Counted from the first letter of the stretch, positions 1 through 12,515 are shown. The stretch is DNA of 64,000 nucleotides from Haliotis rubra (GCF_003918875.1 NW_025764929.1:186001-250000), one strand, 5' to 3'. The notes: generated by a model not told the origin, from the letters alone. Made by a program: numbers and translations.

Positions 1-79
1 CGTCCCGCTAGAACGTCAGTAAACTACTCGTAAACACATACGTAAATCTTCATTCAGTACAGAGCATTCAATATACGCC

Positions 80-665
80 TCAGTTTGGACTGTTTTTTCC
101 CAAGGCTATGTATTTCAATCTTTGAAAAAATAAATCTTTAGCGTATTCATAAAGTATTACATCAAATCTGTTCATATAGAATATTTTGTTGCGATCGCTG
201 TCAGTTAAGTTGTATTCATTGGATGTATAGTTAAACGGAAACGTCTTGAAATTGGTAGTAAATTTTAAATTAAACGTATTCTCGAACAGAATTTGTGTCA
301 GCTCCTGATATTCAGTTAAACCAAAGAACGCCATATTCTTAAGATTTTCTTTTGCGCTTGCCAGCATGCGATTCAGTCTCTCGTCGTAAGTCCAACCGGA
401 AGCGGAAGTGTTGTAGCAGTCCACAATGCTCAGGTTGGCCAACATCCGGGTCTGTCTGTTGATAGCAAGATTTGTTGGACAGTCCATGAACTCGTGCAGT
501 GTCACATTCTTCCAATCAGTTTCGAAGCACCGGATGAGTTCCTCTTTGGTCGGGGAACGGCCATTGCACAGAAGGGGGATATTCCATCTGGCACCCAGGG
601 AAACATGTTTCCACTCGCTAATGTAACGCTTGACGGGGTGCCTTAACATGGTAACGTACAGGTGT
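80..665 (-). CDS. HS6ST: Heparan-sulfate 6-O-sulfotransferase-like, last coding exon
   Basis: Acceptor ttttttgcag|A at 666/665, phase 2, joins exon 7115-7713 in frame. Motifs YVTMLRHPVKRYISEWKHV (3'-PB), EFMDCPTNLAINRQTRMLANLS and AKENLKNMAFFGLTEYQ are typical of HS6ST. Spliced CDS is 1185 nt (394 aa). Confidence 0.92.
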
Positions 666-961
666 CTGCAAAAAATGGTTAATTGTCATTAAATGAAACA
701 AAACAGGTTATCTTTTTTCAAACCATCGTATAAATTATGCTTCGATGCCAAGACAGTGTTTGTGAATGCAACTGTGCAGCTCAGTCTAATTATTAGATAA
801 TATGCAAAACAATGCGCCAAGTGTAATACTGTTGACATTCAGTAGGGAGGAAGTGGTATGCTATATCAAGACATAATTCTTGATGGCACCGCAGGCTACT
901 AACGACCTTACGTGTCCTTCCACTATATTCTGACTGCATCTTCCGTTGTCTTTTTCTGACA

Positions 962-1120
962 TATACTGAGGGAAACAAATAAGGGACTTTATTGCAGTGT
1001 TCATTTATTTATTTTTAGATTTCCTTCCACAGCGCTATTCAAAGCCGGTGATGAAAACTGGAAAATATTAAAGGAACGCTTGCAGTTTACTGTGTTCCTT
1101 TATTTGTTTCTCTCAGTATA
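962..1120. mobile_element. Tc1/mariner-type MITE (~160 bp)
   Basis: TIRs tatactgagggaaacaaataaggga / ttcctttatttgtttctctcagtata, TA at both ends. Confidence 0.75.
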
Positions 1121-2603
1121 CATCTGCAAGAATAAAGTAAATGTGCACTTTTTGGTCATTTTCATTGTGCCATTTTCCAATGCAAAAAGATAACAACATG
1201 ATTTGTGGTGTTTCCTTAATCACTGTTTAACTGTTGGCGGGATAATATCGAAATCTGTATGATTTGGCACTAGGCATCGTGACACGCCCTTGAAGAGATG
1301 TGGCGTCAAATGTTAGTTCACAAACTCACTATCGTGTGTGTCCACCATTGGCGTTGATGTCGGCCTGACAACGACGACACATAGACGACGACATTAAGCC
1401 ATTGAAGCTTGGGGAATGTTGTTCCATGTCTGAACCAACGCTTGTCCCAATTCAGCTGACATCAATGGCTGATTCTGGGCTTGACGTAAACGTCGCTCCA
1501 TGCCATCCCAAGCGTGCTCGATAGGGTACAGGTCCGGAGAGACAGCCGACCAGGAGAGTACCGGAATGTTCGGCTGTCTCTGGAAATCTGTCACAACACG
1601 AGTGACATGTGGACGGGCATTATCTTGCTGAAGCGTGAAGTTACGTCTCTGTCCTTGAATGAACGGCTGGATATGAGGCCCGGTGATCTCATCCCTGTAT
1701 CGCAGACCTGTCAGGTTGCCATTGTCATTGACAAGCCGTGTGTCCGACCATGAGATGTGATAACTTCCAATGTCATAACGCCCCGCCACCAAACTGTCGA
1801 CTTTGAACAACGCACACGTCTGCATACCGTTCACCTCGCCGTCTGTACACCCATGCTTTGCCATCTTAGCTGTCCAGATGAAATCTCGTTTCGTCAATGA
1901 AGTCTCGTCTCCTGTACCACAGATGATCTGCACCAGGCCAGTAGGTGCCTGTAGGTGACGTTGGAGCAAAAATGTACGTATTTCAGGCCGTCGGAGCCTG
2001 ATGTTGTGCTCCTTCAGTCGGTTCCGTTCAGTTCTGGAACTGATTGGACGTAAGCCAGGAATGTCCGAGGAGTCAAACTGGCAGTCTGGAATCGATTCCT
2101 TAGATGGGTCAACCGAATGTGGTTGTCTTGACGTGAAGTCAAGCATGGGCGGCCGTTCCGAGGCAAATCGCTCGTGCTTCCATAATGTTGAAAACGTCTC
2201 CATAAAGATGAGATGGTTTTTCAATGGACACCATCTTGTCTGGCCACTTCGTTTTGAGCAATTCCAGTCTCGAGCAAACACGGCGGAGACGCTGATTTTC
2301 TGTAAGCCGTGGCATGATGTATGCGCAGTTTTGGTTAAAAATAACGTGTTTTCCACAACATTCAGAGGCAAGAGAATAATCAACCTTTCTTCAATTTTCA
2401 GTATCAGGTGTGTGAACTTCAGGTGTCAAATAGCATGCATGACGTGAGAAAGTTCATAGCGCACAAAGTGCACGTGCCATCAAATTTCATGCAAAGTGCT
2501 TTGTTACATATTTTTATTTAGAGTTTGTTTATAACTTTTCAAATAACGTGTATTTTATGCAGGTCTAGATTATGCACAGTTATCTTTTTTCTGTTAGTAT
2601 GTA
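1119..2603 (-). mobile_element. Decayed Tc1 (DD34E) transposon
   Basis: ORF 1394-2383 ends with QQDNARPH...SPDLYPIEHAW (D-34-E). The upstream part is frameshifted. Degenerate TIRs at ~1119-1149 and ~2571-2603. Confidence 0.8.
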
Positions 2604-2678
2604 ATAAATACAACAATTGTATGGAGGTTATTCTTACTCTGGATACTTAGCCTGGGCCTATATATTTTGTAAATGAGA

Positions 2679-2849
2679 CTGACTGACTGACTGAGTTTGG
2701 TTTTACGCCGCTTTTAGCAATATTCCAGCAATATCACGGCGGGGGACACCCGAAATAGGCTTCACACATTGTACCCATGTTGGGATTCGAACCCAGGTCT
2801 TCGGCGTGACGAGCCAACGCTTTTAACCACTAGGCTACCCCACCGCCCC
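2679..2849 (-). mobile_element. tRNA-derived SINE, family A (~170 bp)
   Basis: A-box (tagcctagtggttaa), B-box (ggttcgaatcc), (CAGT)n tail, 12-bp TSD ttgtaaatgaga. Confidence 0.9.
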
Positions 2850-3062
2850 TTGTAAATGAGAACTTACCATTGTAGCAGTGGGAAGAATATCACCATATTA
2901 CCATAATCACTGCTTTTGTATTATACTGCATTTGAATTTGTACCCCTGCCTTAGTTTGTTCTGCCACTGTAATACCTTTGTAGTGATTTGTATTACTTTG
3001 TAAACTCAGTTGTTTATCATATCGCATTGCCTTCAAAACTTTCTTAAATTGTTGAAAGATAT

Positions 3063-3480
3063 TTGTGTTGTGATATCCCTAAGCATTTAAGAATTGCTAT
3101 ATCAAGGTTTAGATGCAGTAATTTTAATACGGCTGTTGAAAGTGGCAGGTATAATAGAATTGAATATAACGAAAGGCTATGTCCTTTTTGTAAAACCAGA
3201 CGCCAGCATTATATAGAAAATGAATATCATGTACTATTTATCTGTAATGCCTATGATAGACTTAGAAAGAAATATATAACACAGTTTATTAAAGAACCAC
3301 TTACTCATTACTCAGTCGTAAATCTTTTGCAAAGCAAAAATGATGCTGTCATATACAATGCTGGCCTATACATATACCATGTACAGAAATTGATAAACTC
3401 CAGCACATAGAGCTGCAAAGTTGTTTTGCGCACCCACTAAACACAATGTCAGTCTGATTGCATTATGGGCGAGGGCCTTT
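3063..3480 (+). mobile_element. 3' fragment of an RTE-X-like non-LTR retrotransposon (C-terminal CCHC region plus 3'UTR)
   Basis: ISRFRCS..ESGRY..ERLCPFC..IENEYHVLFICNAY..LRKKY. The 3'UTR resumes after the nested LINE at 5055 (ataaa + tail). Confidence 0.75.
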
Positions 3481-3486
3481 TACTGT

Positions 3487-5054
3487 CAAGTCAAGTCAAG
3501 TTTATTGTATTCAAGGCCTCCGGCCCATATACAAGGAGTTACATACATATACATAATTACAGTACATAATACAATGGCAATTATAATGGTTATTGCTTAG
3601 ATAACCTATCATTTCTCAAGACAACAGCATGTTTTACAAATAGAGAAAGGTTGCGGATAACAGTTTCATTTCTGGAAGTGAGAATTGAGACAAAGGCTAT
3701 TGTTGGATATTTTGATAGATAATTACTTGAAATATATTTTCTTCTAAGATCATCATAATATGGACATACAAATATAAAATGAATTTCATCTTCAATAGAT
3801 GAAGTGCATAATGGACAAATTCTCATATTTCTGTCTATAGACAATCTTCTACCTTTATTAATACTTAAATCTAATAAACCTAGTCGGAGCTGAACAAATG
3901 TGCGTCTGATATTTCTTGATGTCAATACAGATAAATATATTTCTGGTTGAATAAGGCTCTTAAAGGACCTATATAGATCATACCTTGAACTATTTTCGAG
4001 AGTCGAATGCCATTCTTGATAGAACATATTAATTGACTGTTCTCGGAAACGTTTAAGAAACAGAGTTACATTACCCGCTGTCTGATTTAACCATGCAAAT
4101 CCAAAGCCATGGGAAAATAAAAGATTTCTAATATGTGAAGCCCAAGTTGTCTTGCCCATGCTATCAAGATGAACAAGCATATTATAAGCTATTTTAGGTA
4201 TTCGTTGTTCATGCATTTCCAGAATCTTAAGCCAATACTTCAAACATCTGATTTGTGAATTTATATAAACTGGAAATCTCCCACATTCCCCATAAACCAT
4301 ACAATTTGGCGTTGCTTGTCCAACATTTAGAAATCTTTTACAAGCTAAGAGATGAAGTTTCTCAAGACATTCTTGACGCTGAAACCCCCAAACTTCTGAC
4401 CCATAAAGCATAATCGGTTGAATTTGTGAATCAAATAGTTTGAAAAATATGTTTGGAGTGAAGGCACCTATATTCTGAGAAACAGACATAACATTTATGA
4501 AAGCCTTCTTTGCACGTGATTGCAAATAAAGAACACTTTTTTTAAAATTCATCGTGTGAGAAAACATAAGACCAAGGTAGGTATAGTGATTAGCGATAGT
4601 CAGTAACTTGCCATTGAAAAACCATTTCTCTTTTGAAGCGACGGGACCGCCTCTTCTGAAGATTACAATATTTGTTTTCTCGAAATTAACAAAGAGTTTC
4701 CAGTCGTTTGTGTAACGTTCTAAGATATTGAGTTGATTTTGTAAGCCAATAATAGTATCGGACACCAAGATCACATCATCAGCAAAAAGTAGGATGAAAA
4801 TTTCAAGCATATCAGGAAACATTTGAACGCCGTGTTTACCAGAGATTGTAATATCGTAATACAGTTCACTTATAAAGAAAGAAAACAACATTGGACTTAA
4901 GATACAGCCCTGTCGTAACCCTATGGGACAATCAAAGAAGTCGGTTACATCATTACCACAACGTACACACGATTTTATGTTAGAATACATTGACTTTAGA
5001 ATATTATACATTTTTCCTTGTAAACCAGATTTTTTAAACAATACCACAATTTGG
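3487..5054 (-). mobile_element. 5'-truncated RTE-X-like LINE (RT C-half plus CCHC finger)
   Basis: ORF 3590-~5030 with GLRQGCILSPMLF, LLFADD, YTYLG and CPLC..EDEIHFIFVC. 3' end aataaa(cttga)n. TSD tactgt at 3481-3486 and 5055-5060. Confidence 0.88.
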
Positions 5055-5249
5055 TACTGTATAAATACTGTCTGCCTTGTCTTTGTTGGTTTCACACCGA
5101 GTTCTGTTACGGACTGATTCAACTACTGGATATGTTTCAGCTTGGGAATCACATGTAACAAAGCTTATCACGATTTGACCATTACTACAGCCACGTGTAT
5201 TGTTTCCACAATGATGATTAATACTTCTTTTAATATTCATTGAAATGTT

Positions 5250-5870
5250 GTTTATTGTTTACCGCCGCAATATTCCAGTTATATAGCGGCGGTCTGAAAA
5301 TATACAACTCACACTTTGCTAAGGATCACAAAACTTCACAACTTTACTTAAAGGTAGATTCAGAATTTAAAACTGTATCCATTTAAAGCTGGATAAATAA
5401 TGATATGGTAACCCCTCTTTAAACAGTCACTTTAATCTTGCCTTATACACTTGATACATGAGTACCCATAAAAATGGTTTTCATGGCACCAATCAACCAT
5501 TTTGCAAATCATGGAACGAGGCATTGACAAGTACACAACACCTGTCAGTAGCAGGTATGGGTTCCACAAGATAAAAAGACATACTGAAACCTAGGGTCCA
5601 TGAGTACAATAAGCTTAGACATTTAAACCGTATTTGACTCCACATCATAGGTTTCTGTTGAATCCATGATTTGATCCTTAGCAAAGTGTGAATAGTATAG
5701 TCGAGTCTGGACCAGACAATCCAGCAATTGACATCATGGGCAATCTACGCAATTGGTATACGATGACATGTGTTAACCAAGTCAGTGAATCTGACCACCT
5801 GATCCCGTTAGTCGCCCTTTACGACAAGCATGGGTTAGTAAAGACCAATTCTAACCCGGATCTTCACGGG
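5250..5870 (-). mobile_element. SINE-like family B copy interrupted by a MITE
   Basis: Matches the copies at 45853 and 55095 (gtcgtaagaggcgactaa core, ggtccagactcga). Split at a TA by 5301-5699. Confidence 0.8.
5301..5699. mobile_element. Tc1/mariner-type MITE (~400 bp)
   Basis: TIR tatac(a/t)a(c/t)tcacactttgctaaggatc, TA ends. Second copy at 44537-44836. Confidence 0.85.
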
Positions 5871-6339
5871 TTTCTTTTATTGCAATGACATAAGATGTCA
5901 TATTTGCACTTCAAATAAGAAGAAACAAATATAATGGTTGCTGCAAGTACGTAATACACAACACCCCATCCTACTCCCGAGTTTACTCCGAGAAGGTTAC
6001 GAAGGTATTGCCTTACTGAAAACACATCTTCACTTTTACACTATGACGAATAATATTCTTCTACAGACAGCAAAAGTGTCTTTGACATGAAGCTCCAATT
6101 ACAGAATCTTACAAACCTGAATTTTATCAAACAGTGATTTCGAAGTTTCATTTTGTGAAAATCAAAATCTTCAACAACAACGTAAATTTGTTAAAATGTT
6201 GTTGTTTTTTCAATCAGGAGGCGCACATTTAGATATTTCATACCGGCGACCTGTGAGTCCGTTGGTGATTGTGCAAATCAGGATTCCGGGAAGGATGTCG
6301 CGATTTGAAACCTAGAAAGGATGGTACAATTATGGATGG

Positions 6340-6480
6340 AGTGAGTGAGTGAGTTCAGTTTTACGCCGCTTTTAACCATATTCCAGCTATATCACGGCGG
6401 GGGACACCAGAAATGGGCTTCACACATTGTACCCATGTGGGGAATCGAACCCGGGTCTTCGGCGTGACGAGCGAACGCTT
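6340..6480 (-). mobile_element. SINE family A (5'-truncated)
   Basis: Same body and (CACT)n tail as other copies. Confidence 0.85.
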
Positions 6481-6723
6481 AGCATAAGTAAGCTTGCTGG
6501 TGAAGTTTTATGCTGCGGTCGCCCAGCATTTGAGGACTGGAGACACCATAAAGGTGCTTCATACATTTGTATTTCAGGTACCGGGAGTGCTGCAACCACT
6601 TGGCTACCTGTTCGTCTGGTACAGAAGACCCAGGAATGATCATTAGACCGAAATTGGGTTCGAACACAAACTCCTGTGCGCTTAGATAAGCTGGATAAAG
6701 TAAATAAGTGTTTTCTAGCTAGA

Positions 6724-7085
6724 GGGCTGGCTCAAATGATTGATAATCGGAAATATCGTTGATAGGAAAAAAACATTTAAAATTTTGTTATCGTTAATAT
6801 CGTACATTAACTTTTGTGAAAGAATAAAGGTTTGATTCATTTTCTCACACAATATGCGTTTTAGAACTTTATTCATGGTTGGCTTCTAAATTATGTTCAG
6901 GGCACTGTTTTGTTGATAATCCATGCAAAACATGGCACTACTCACCAGTGATGTGAAACATTTTCATTTCTTTCAGATATTTTTGGCATTTGTGCTCAAA
7001 GTTGCGTCAACGATATTTTTCGATAATCGATCGATATTTAGTATCGATTATCGATCTCTATGATCTATATCGATAGCCAGCCTTA
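6724..7085. mobile_element. Probable hAT-type MITE
   Basis: Termini gggctggct ... agccagcct with subterminal atcgat repeats. Related sequence at ~53560-53866. Confidence 0.45.
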
Positions 7086-7114
7086 GAGTTTTCATGATTC
7101 ATTTCACAACTTAC

Positions 7115-7713
7115 CTTTGTTTGATCTTCCGACCATGTCGTTTGTTGATCGCATCTTCAACACAGGCATGCAAGTGGGTCCAGTCGGCATGGCTTCGGCA
7201 GAGTTTATCACGCAGCCTTCGTTTGAACAAAATATTCGATTTCCACTTTTTATAACACGAGCACTTGTCTTTAGCTTTACCTTCACATCGACACCACGGT
7301 GTCGGGTTGAGGTCATCGACCATATGCATTGCAAATGTTGAACTTCCGGTCTTCTGGATTCGCACAAAGACAATGATGTCACTTCCGTTTGGACTAACAT
7401 TGTAGACATTGAGTAAGTCATTATGTGGCAAGTGGTCAGAAGATTGCAAGGTACGGTCAGAGGTATCACAGTCGGCCTTTGGATACATCGCACTTACAGC
7501 CTGTGGATACATCGCACTTACAGCCTGTGGATACATCGCACTTACAGCCTGTGGATACATCTCACTTACGGTTGGTACGTGTTCGTTTGTGTCCAGCTGC
7601 AGAAAACCCGGATAGTTTGAACCTATGTGATAAGTTGACCAAACAACAACCACCAGTACCATTGTACCAACTAAGAACAAACGGTTTTGTGGGACTAATT
7701 TCGACATCATCAT
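7115..7713 (-). CDS. HS6ST: Heparan-sulfate 6-O-sulfotransferase-like, first coding exon
   Basis: N-terminal signal anchor (LFLVGTMVLVVVVW), stem, then IVFVRIQKTGSSTF (5'-PSB), CRC...CSCY and HADWT. Donor CAAAG|gtaagt at 7115/7114. Confidence 0.9.
7480..7570 (-). repeat. Coding 24-bp tandem repeat (MYPQAVSA x3+) in the HS6ST stem
   Basis: tggatacatcgcacttacagcctg repeated in frame. Confidence 0.9.
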
Positions 7714-8116
7714 GCGTCTGTGATCACGAAGTAAAATGTTGACTTAGAATGTCTTTCTGTGATTTAAACTGGCATTTGATTCTTCGGGCAACGTAATATA
7801 TTATACGTACATTGAGATATCATATCACAAACGGGACGCCTGCTTTGTCACACACAAATATGGAAGTCGGAAAAAGCTTAATATAATAGTTCATACCTGT
7901 GTATGAACAAAAGATATGTGTATCTCCCCACGATCATGTGTTTGGCAATAAAAATGTAAATTTGAACTAAACTGAATACTTGAATCTAGTACATCTGTCA
8001 CATGAAGAACGAGTTCTAGGTGAAAGAAATGATCCGCGTTCAGTAAATTAAACATATTTGGGATCAGGTTACAGTGTGCGTAGATTGAGATTCCAGTGAT
8101 TTGTGCTTAAAAGCAC

Positions 8117-9236
8117 CTGAAAGGGTCTTAAGCCCATCCCCTGTGGTAAACTATGGTGGGTAACTGAAAGGGTCTTAAGCCCATCCCATGTTGTAAACTA
8201 TGGTGGGTAACTGAAAGGGTCTTAAGCCCATCCCCTGTGGTAAACTATGGTGGGTAACTGAAAGGGTCTTAAGCCCATCCCCTGTGGTAAACTATGGTGG
8301 GTAACTGAAAGGGTCTTAAGCCCATCCCATGTTGTAAAGTATGGTGGGTAACTGAAAGGGTCTTAAGCCCATCCCCTGTGGTAAACTATGGTGGGTAACT
8401 GAAAGGGTCTTAAGCCCATCCCATGTGGTAAAGTATGGTGGGTATGGTGGGTAACCATGAAAGGGTCTTAAGCCCATCCCTATGTGGTAAACTATGGTGG
8501 GTAACTGAAAGGGTCTTAAGCCCATCCCTGTGGTAAAGTATGGTGGGTAACTGAAAGGGTAAGCCCATCCATGTGGTAAACTATGGTGGGTAACTGAAAA
8601 AGCCCATATGTCTTAAGCCCATCCCATGTTGTAAAGTATGGTGGGTAACTGAAAGGGTCTTAAGCCCATTCCATGTTGTAAACTATGGTGGAAAGGGTAA
8701 TCTCATGTGGTAAAGTATGGTGGAAAGGGTCTGAAAGGGTCTTAAGCCCATCCCATGTGGTAAAGGGTCTTAAGCCCATATGGTGGGTAACTGAAAGGGT
8801 CTTAAGCCCATCCCATGTTGTAAAGTATGGTGGGTAACTGAAAGGGTCTTAAGCCCATCCCCTGTGGTAAACTATGGTGGGTAACTGAAAGGGTCTTAAG
8901 CCCATCTGTGGTAAAATGGGTGAAAGGGTCTTAAGCCCATCCCAGTATGGTGGGTAACTGAAAGGGTCTTAAGCCCATCCCATGTATGGTAAACTATGGT
9001 GGGTAACTGAAAAGGTCTTAAGCCCATCCCATGTTGTAAAGTATGGTGGGTAACTGAAAGGGTCTTAAGTGTGGTAAACTATGGTGGGTAACTGAAAGGG
9101 TCTTAAGCCCATCCCATGTGGTAAAGTATGGTGGGTAACTGAAAGGGTCTTAAGCCCATCCCATGTGGTAAACTATGGTGGGTAACTGAAAGGGTCTTAA
9201 GCCCATCCCATGTGGTAAAGTATGGTGGGTAACTGG
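8117..9236. repeat. 47-bp minisatellite
   Basis: Unit ctgaaagggtcttaagcccatcccctgtggtaaactatggtgggtaa, more than 20 copies, some degenerate. Confidence 0.95.
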
Positions 9237-9319
9237 TCAAGGTGCCAGAGGTTCGTGCAGGCAGATGAGCGCGTACCGTGTTATATCTTCATAAACATCA
9301 GGGACAACAGGGACAGGAA

Positions 9320-10445
9320 TGTGGGTATGTGGTGGTATGGGGACGTGGGTCTCTGGTGGTATGGGGATGTGTATCTTTGGTGCAATGTGGACGTGGGTAT
9401 GTGGTAGTATGAAAGACGTAGGTCTCTAGTGGTATGGGGATGTGGGTCTCTGGTGGTATGGGGACTTAGGTATGTGGTGGTATGAAAGACGTGGGTCTCT
9501 GGTGGTATGGGGATGTGGGCATCTGGTGGTATGGGGATGTGGGTCTCTGGTGGTATGGGGATGTGGGTCTCTGGTGGTATGGGGATGTGGGTCTCTGGTG
9601 GTATGGGGACGTGGGTCTGTGGTGGCATGGGGACGTGGGTATGTGGTGGTATGAAAGACGTGGGTCTCTAGTGGTATTGGGATGTGGGTCTCTGGTGGTA
9701 TGGGGACGTGGTTCTCTGGTGGTATGAAAGACGTGGGGATGTGGGCATCTGGTGGTATGGGGATGTGGGTCTCTGGTGGTGGTATGGGGATGTGGGTCTC
9801 TGGTGGTATGGGGATGTGGGTCTGTGGTGGTATGGGGATGTGGTATGGTGGATGGTCTGTGGTGGTATGAAAGACGTGGGTCTGTGGTGGTATGGAGATG
9901 TGGGTCTGTGGTGGTATGGAGATGTGGGTCTGTGGTGGTATGGAGACGTGGGTCTGTGGTGGTATGAAAGATGTGGGTCTGTGGTGGTATGGAGATGTGG
10001 GTCTGTGGTGGTATGGTGATGTGGGTCTGTGGTGGTATGGAGATGTGGGTCTGTGGTGGTATGGAGATGTGGGTCTGTGGTGGTATGGAAAGACGTGGGT
10101 CTGTGGTGGTATGAAGACGTGGGTCTGTGGTGGTATGGGGATGTTGGTCTGTGTGGTGGTATATGGAAAGACGTGGGTCTGTGGTGGTATGAAAGACGTG
10201 GGTCCGTGGTGGTATGGAGATGTGGGTCTGTGGTGGTATGGTGACGTGGGTCTGTGGTGGTATGGAGATGTGGGTCTGTGGTGGTATGGAGATGTGGGTC
10301 TGTGGTGGTATGGGGATGTGGGTCTGTGGTGGTATGGGAGATGTGGGTCTGTGGTGGTATGGAGATGTGGGTCTGTGGTGGTATGTGGATGTGGGTCTGG
10401 TGGTGGTATGGATGAAGACTTGGGTCTGTGGTGGTATGGATGGGA
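9320..10445. repeat. ~24-bp GT-rich minisatellite
   Basis: Unit gatgtgggtctgtggtggtatgg(a/g). Confidence 0.95.
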
Positions 10446-11721
10446 GAATCAGTAGGCTACTGACCACCAAGTAATTTTTTGACCTTTTCGATCTGTCCCA
10501 GTACGAAGTAATCACAGGTTACAGTGAACCAATATCACAGAGCTAGCGCCGTGATGTAGTGATATATATCACATACATGTAATCAACCCAGTGTCTCTGA
10601 GTTGTGTAGAACTCTGAAATCCGCAAAAATGTGGCATGAATTAACGCACTTTGACAAGAACCGATTGAAAGATGGCCAGCGAGACCGTTATTGTCGGTGA
10701 TTTATTCATAGGATGTAATATCAATATAGTACGTCAAATGGTATTTGTTTGGGATCGATAACCCGGACTGTTTATTCTTCTGGCTTCAAACATTTGCTCT
10801 ATTTTGTTGAAGTTCTTCCATTTGTTACCAAATATAATGGTTACCTGCAACTATCAGCACAATTCAACATATCGCCTACTTTAATATGAAACTTCACACG
10901 AGGAGAATTAATTATATTGGAAGCAGGTAGGACAAGGAAGTAAATCTGGGCGAATAACATTATGGCCAAGGCTAAACTGACCAATCCGCGGGTTCACATG
11001 ACCACAGTTTCATGTACTGTCCACCACCACGTGGTGGTGACTATGGCAACGTCATTTGCGTAATCGTTTTACGACCGCAACGTCAACTAATAACGTACTC
11101 TCCACTTCTTCGTACTCGACGTCCTAAGTTGGGTCAATTCTGGCACAGGTAAACCGTAATGAACGTGTACCTTGGTAAGTTTCCTGCAAAATGCGGATTT
11201 TGACGTCATGGAGTGGCCATCGAAATCACATGACCCCATACCCACGGATAGGATGCTCAAGGAAGAAGTCTTCGTGCATTAAGATGTCAACCCCAGAATG
11301 TTTAAGAGCTGGTTGCCATGTTGGTAGAACAATGCGCAGGTTGCTTTGTTCACGTATCAAGTCAGTCAATGAGAGACAACGTTCCCTTGCTGTTATGTGT
11401 GCGAAACGGGGGCTTACTTGGTAAAAGCTCCAATAAAGATGGCTAGACCCTGTGAAATCAACAAGTGACCCCAGCGTGCTACTGCGCACCTTAATGTTAA
11501 ACCATGATATAAAGTGTACGTTCATTACGTCCATTTCAACTATATAACCAGTATATTTGTCGTATTTTGCTACAGTTCTGTAATGTATTGTAATGTATCG
11601 CAGCTTATCCATATTTTATGTCAGTTATCGTAATAATTGTGTTATGATCGCGTAACATCCCTTGACTATAAAGTTAGTTATCTTCATCAGTCGAGGTGAA
11701 TACACAAAATGATAAAAGTGT

Positions 11722-11880
11722 ATGAGTGAGTTTGGCTCACAGCTATGCCGCGATGTGTCGGCTCGATGTGGAAGGATAACCCGAAGTCCCATTTCGGGAA
11801 AACACCACGAGTATTGTCCTGACAAATCTAGAAATATAATGGGGGCGAACTGAGATTAGAACCACGATCACTTGTGGCGT
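11722..11880 (-). mobile_element. tRNA-derived SINE-like repeat (family D), copy 1
   Basis: Near-identical to 12333-12515. Minus strand has a B-box-like ggtt(c)..atctcagttcgccccc and a (CACT)n tail. Confidence 0.55.
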
Positions 11881-11968
11881 GCCCAAGGACCACCAGCTCC
11901 ATTTAGCAAATTGCGGTGCCTTAATTGGACCTCCATGCCAATGACAATGGAATAACGTAATGCTAATA

Positions 11969-12331
11969 CCGTATTTCCTCTAATAAGCGCACCCGGCGCT
12001 TATTTTTTCAAAGGACCTCCAGACCCGGCGCTTATTAGAGGCCCGGCGCTTATTAAAATACCCTGTATTTTTAAAAGCGGGGGATGAGTACATGAAGTTA
12101 TGATTTAAGGACCATTCCTTAATATATTTATTTTTAGACCAAGGGAGAATACATTTGCGAAAATATGCAAAGGTCTATACCCGGCGCTTATTAGAGACCC
12201 GGCGCTTATTAGAGGCCCGGCGCTTATGTCTTAAAAAGCAGTGCTTTATCCCCGGCGGTTATTAGAGGCCCGGCGCGTTAATAGAGGCCCGACGCGTTAA
12301 TGGCGACCGGCGCTTTATAGAGGAAATACGG
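11969..12331. mobile_element. Tc1/mariner-pogo-type MITE with internal cccggcgcttattagagg repeats
   Basis: TIR ccgtatttcctcta / tagaggaaatacgg, TA on the left, repeated subterminal motif. Confidence 0.8.
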
Positions 12332-12332
12332 T

Positions 12333-12515
12333 GAGTGAGTGAGTTTGGCTAAACTTAGCTATCAGAGCAGTATTCCAGCTATGCCGCGGCGTGTCGGCTC
12401 GATGTCGAAGGATAACCCGAAGTCACATTTCGGTAAAACACCACGAGTATTGTCCTGACAAATCTAGAAATATAATGGGGGCGAACTGAGATTCGAACCA
12501 ACGTCACTTGTGGTG
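12333..12515 (-). mobile_element. tRNA-derived SINE-like repeat (family D), copy 2
   Basis: Direct repeat of 11722-11880, ggttcgaatctcag B-box on the minus strand. Confidence 0.55.

Noticed and set aside
8117-9236. CRISPR-like array
   Set aside because: Units are contiguous with no unique spacers, there are no cas genes, and the context is eukaryotic.
9222-10515. Pro/His/Thr-rich and Trp/Gly-rich ORFs
   Set aside because: Translations of the 24-bp minisatellite.
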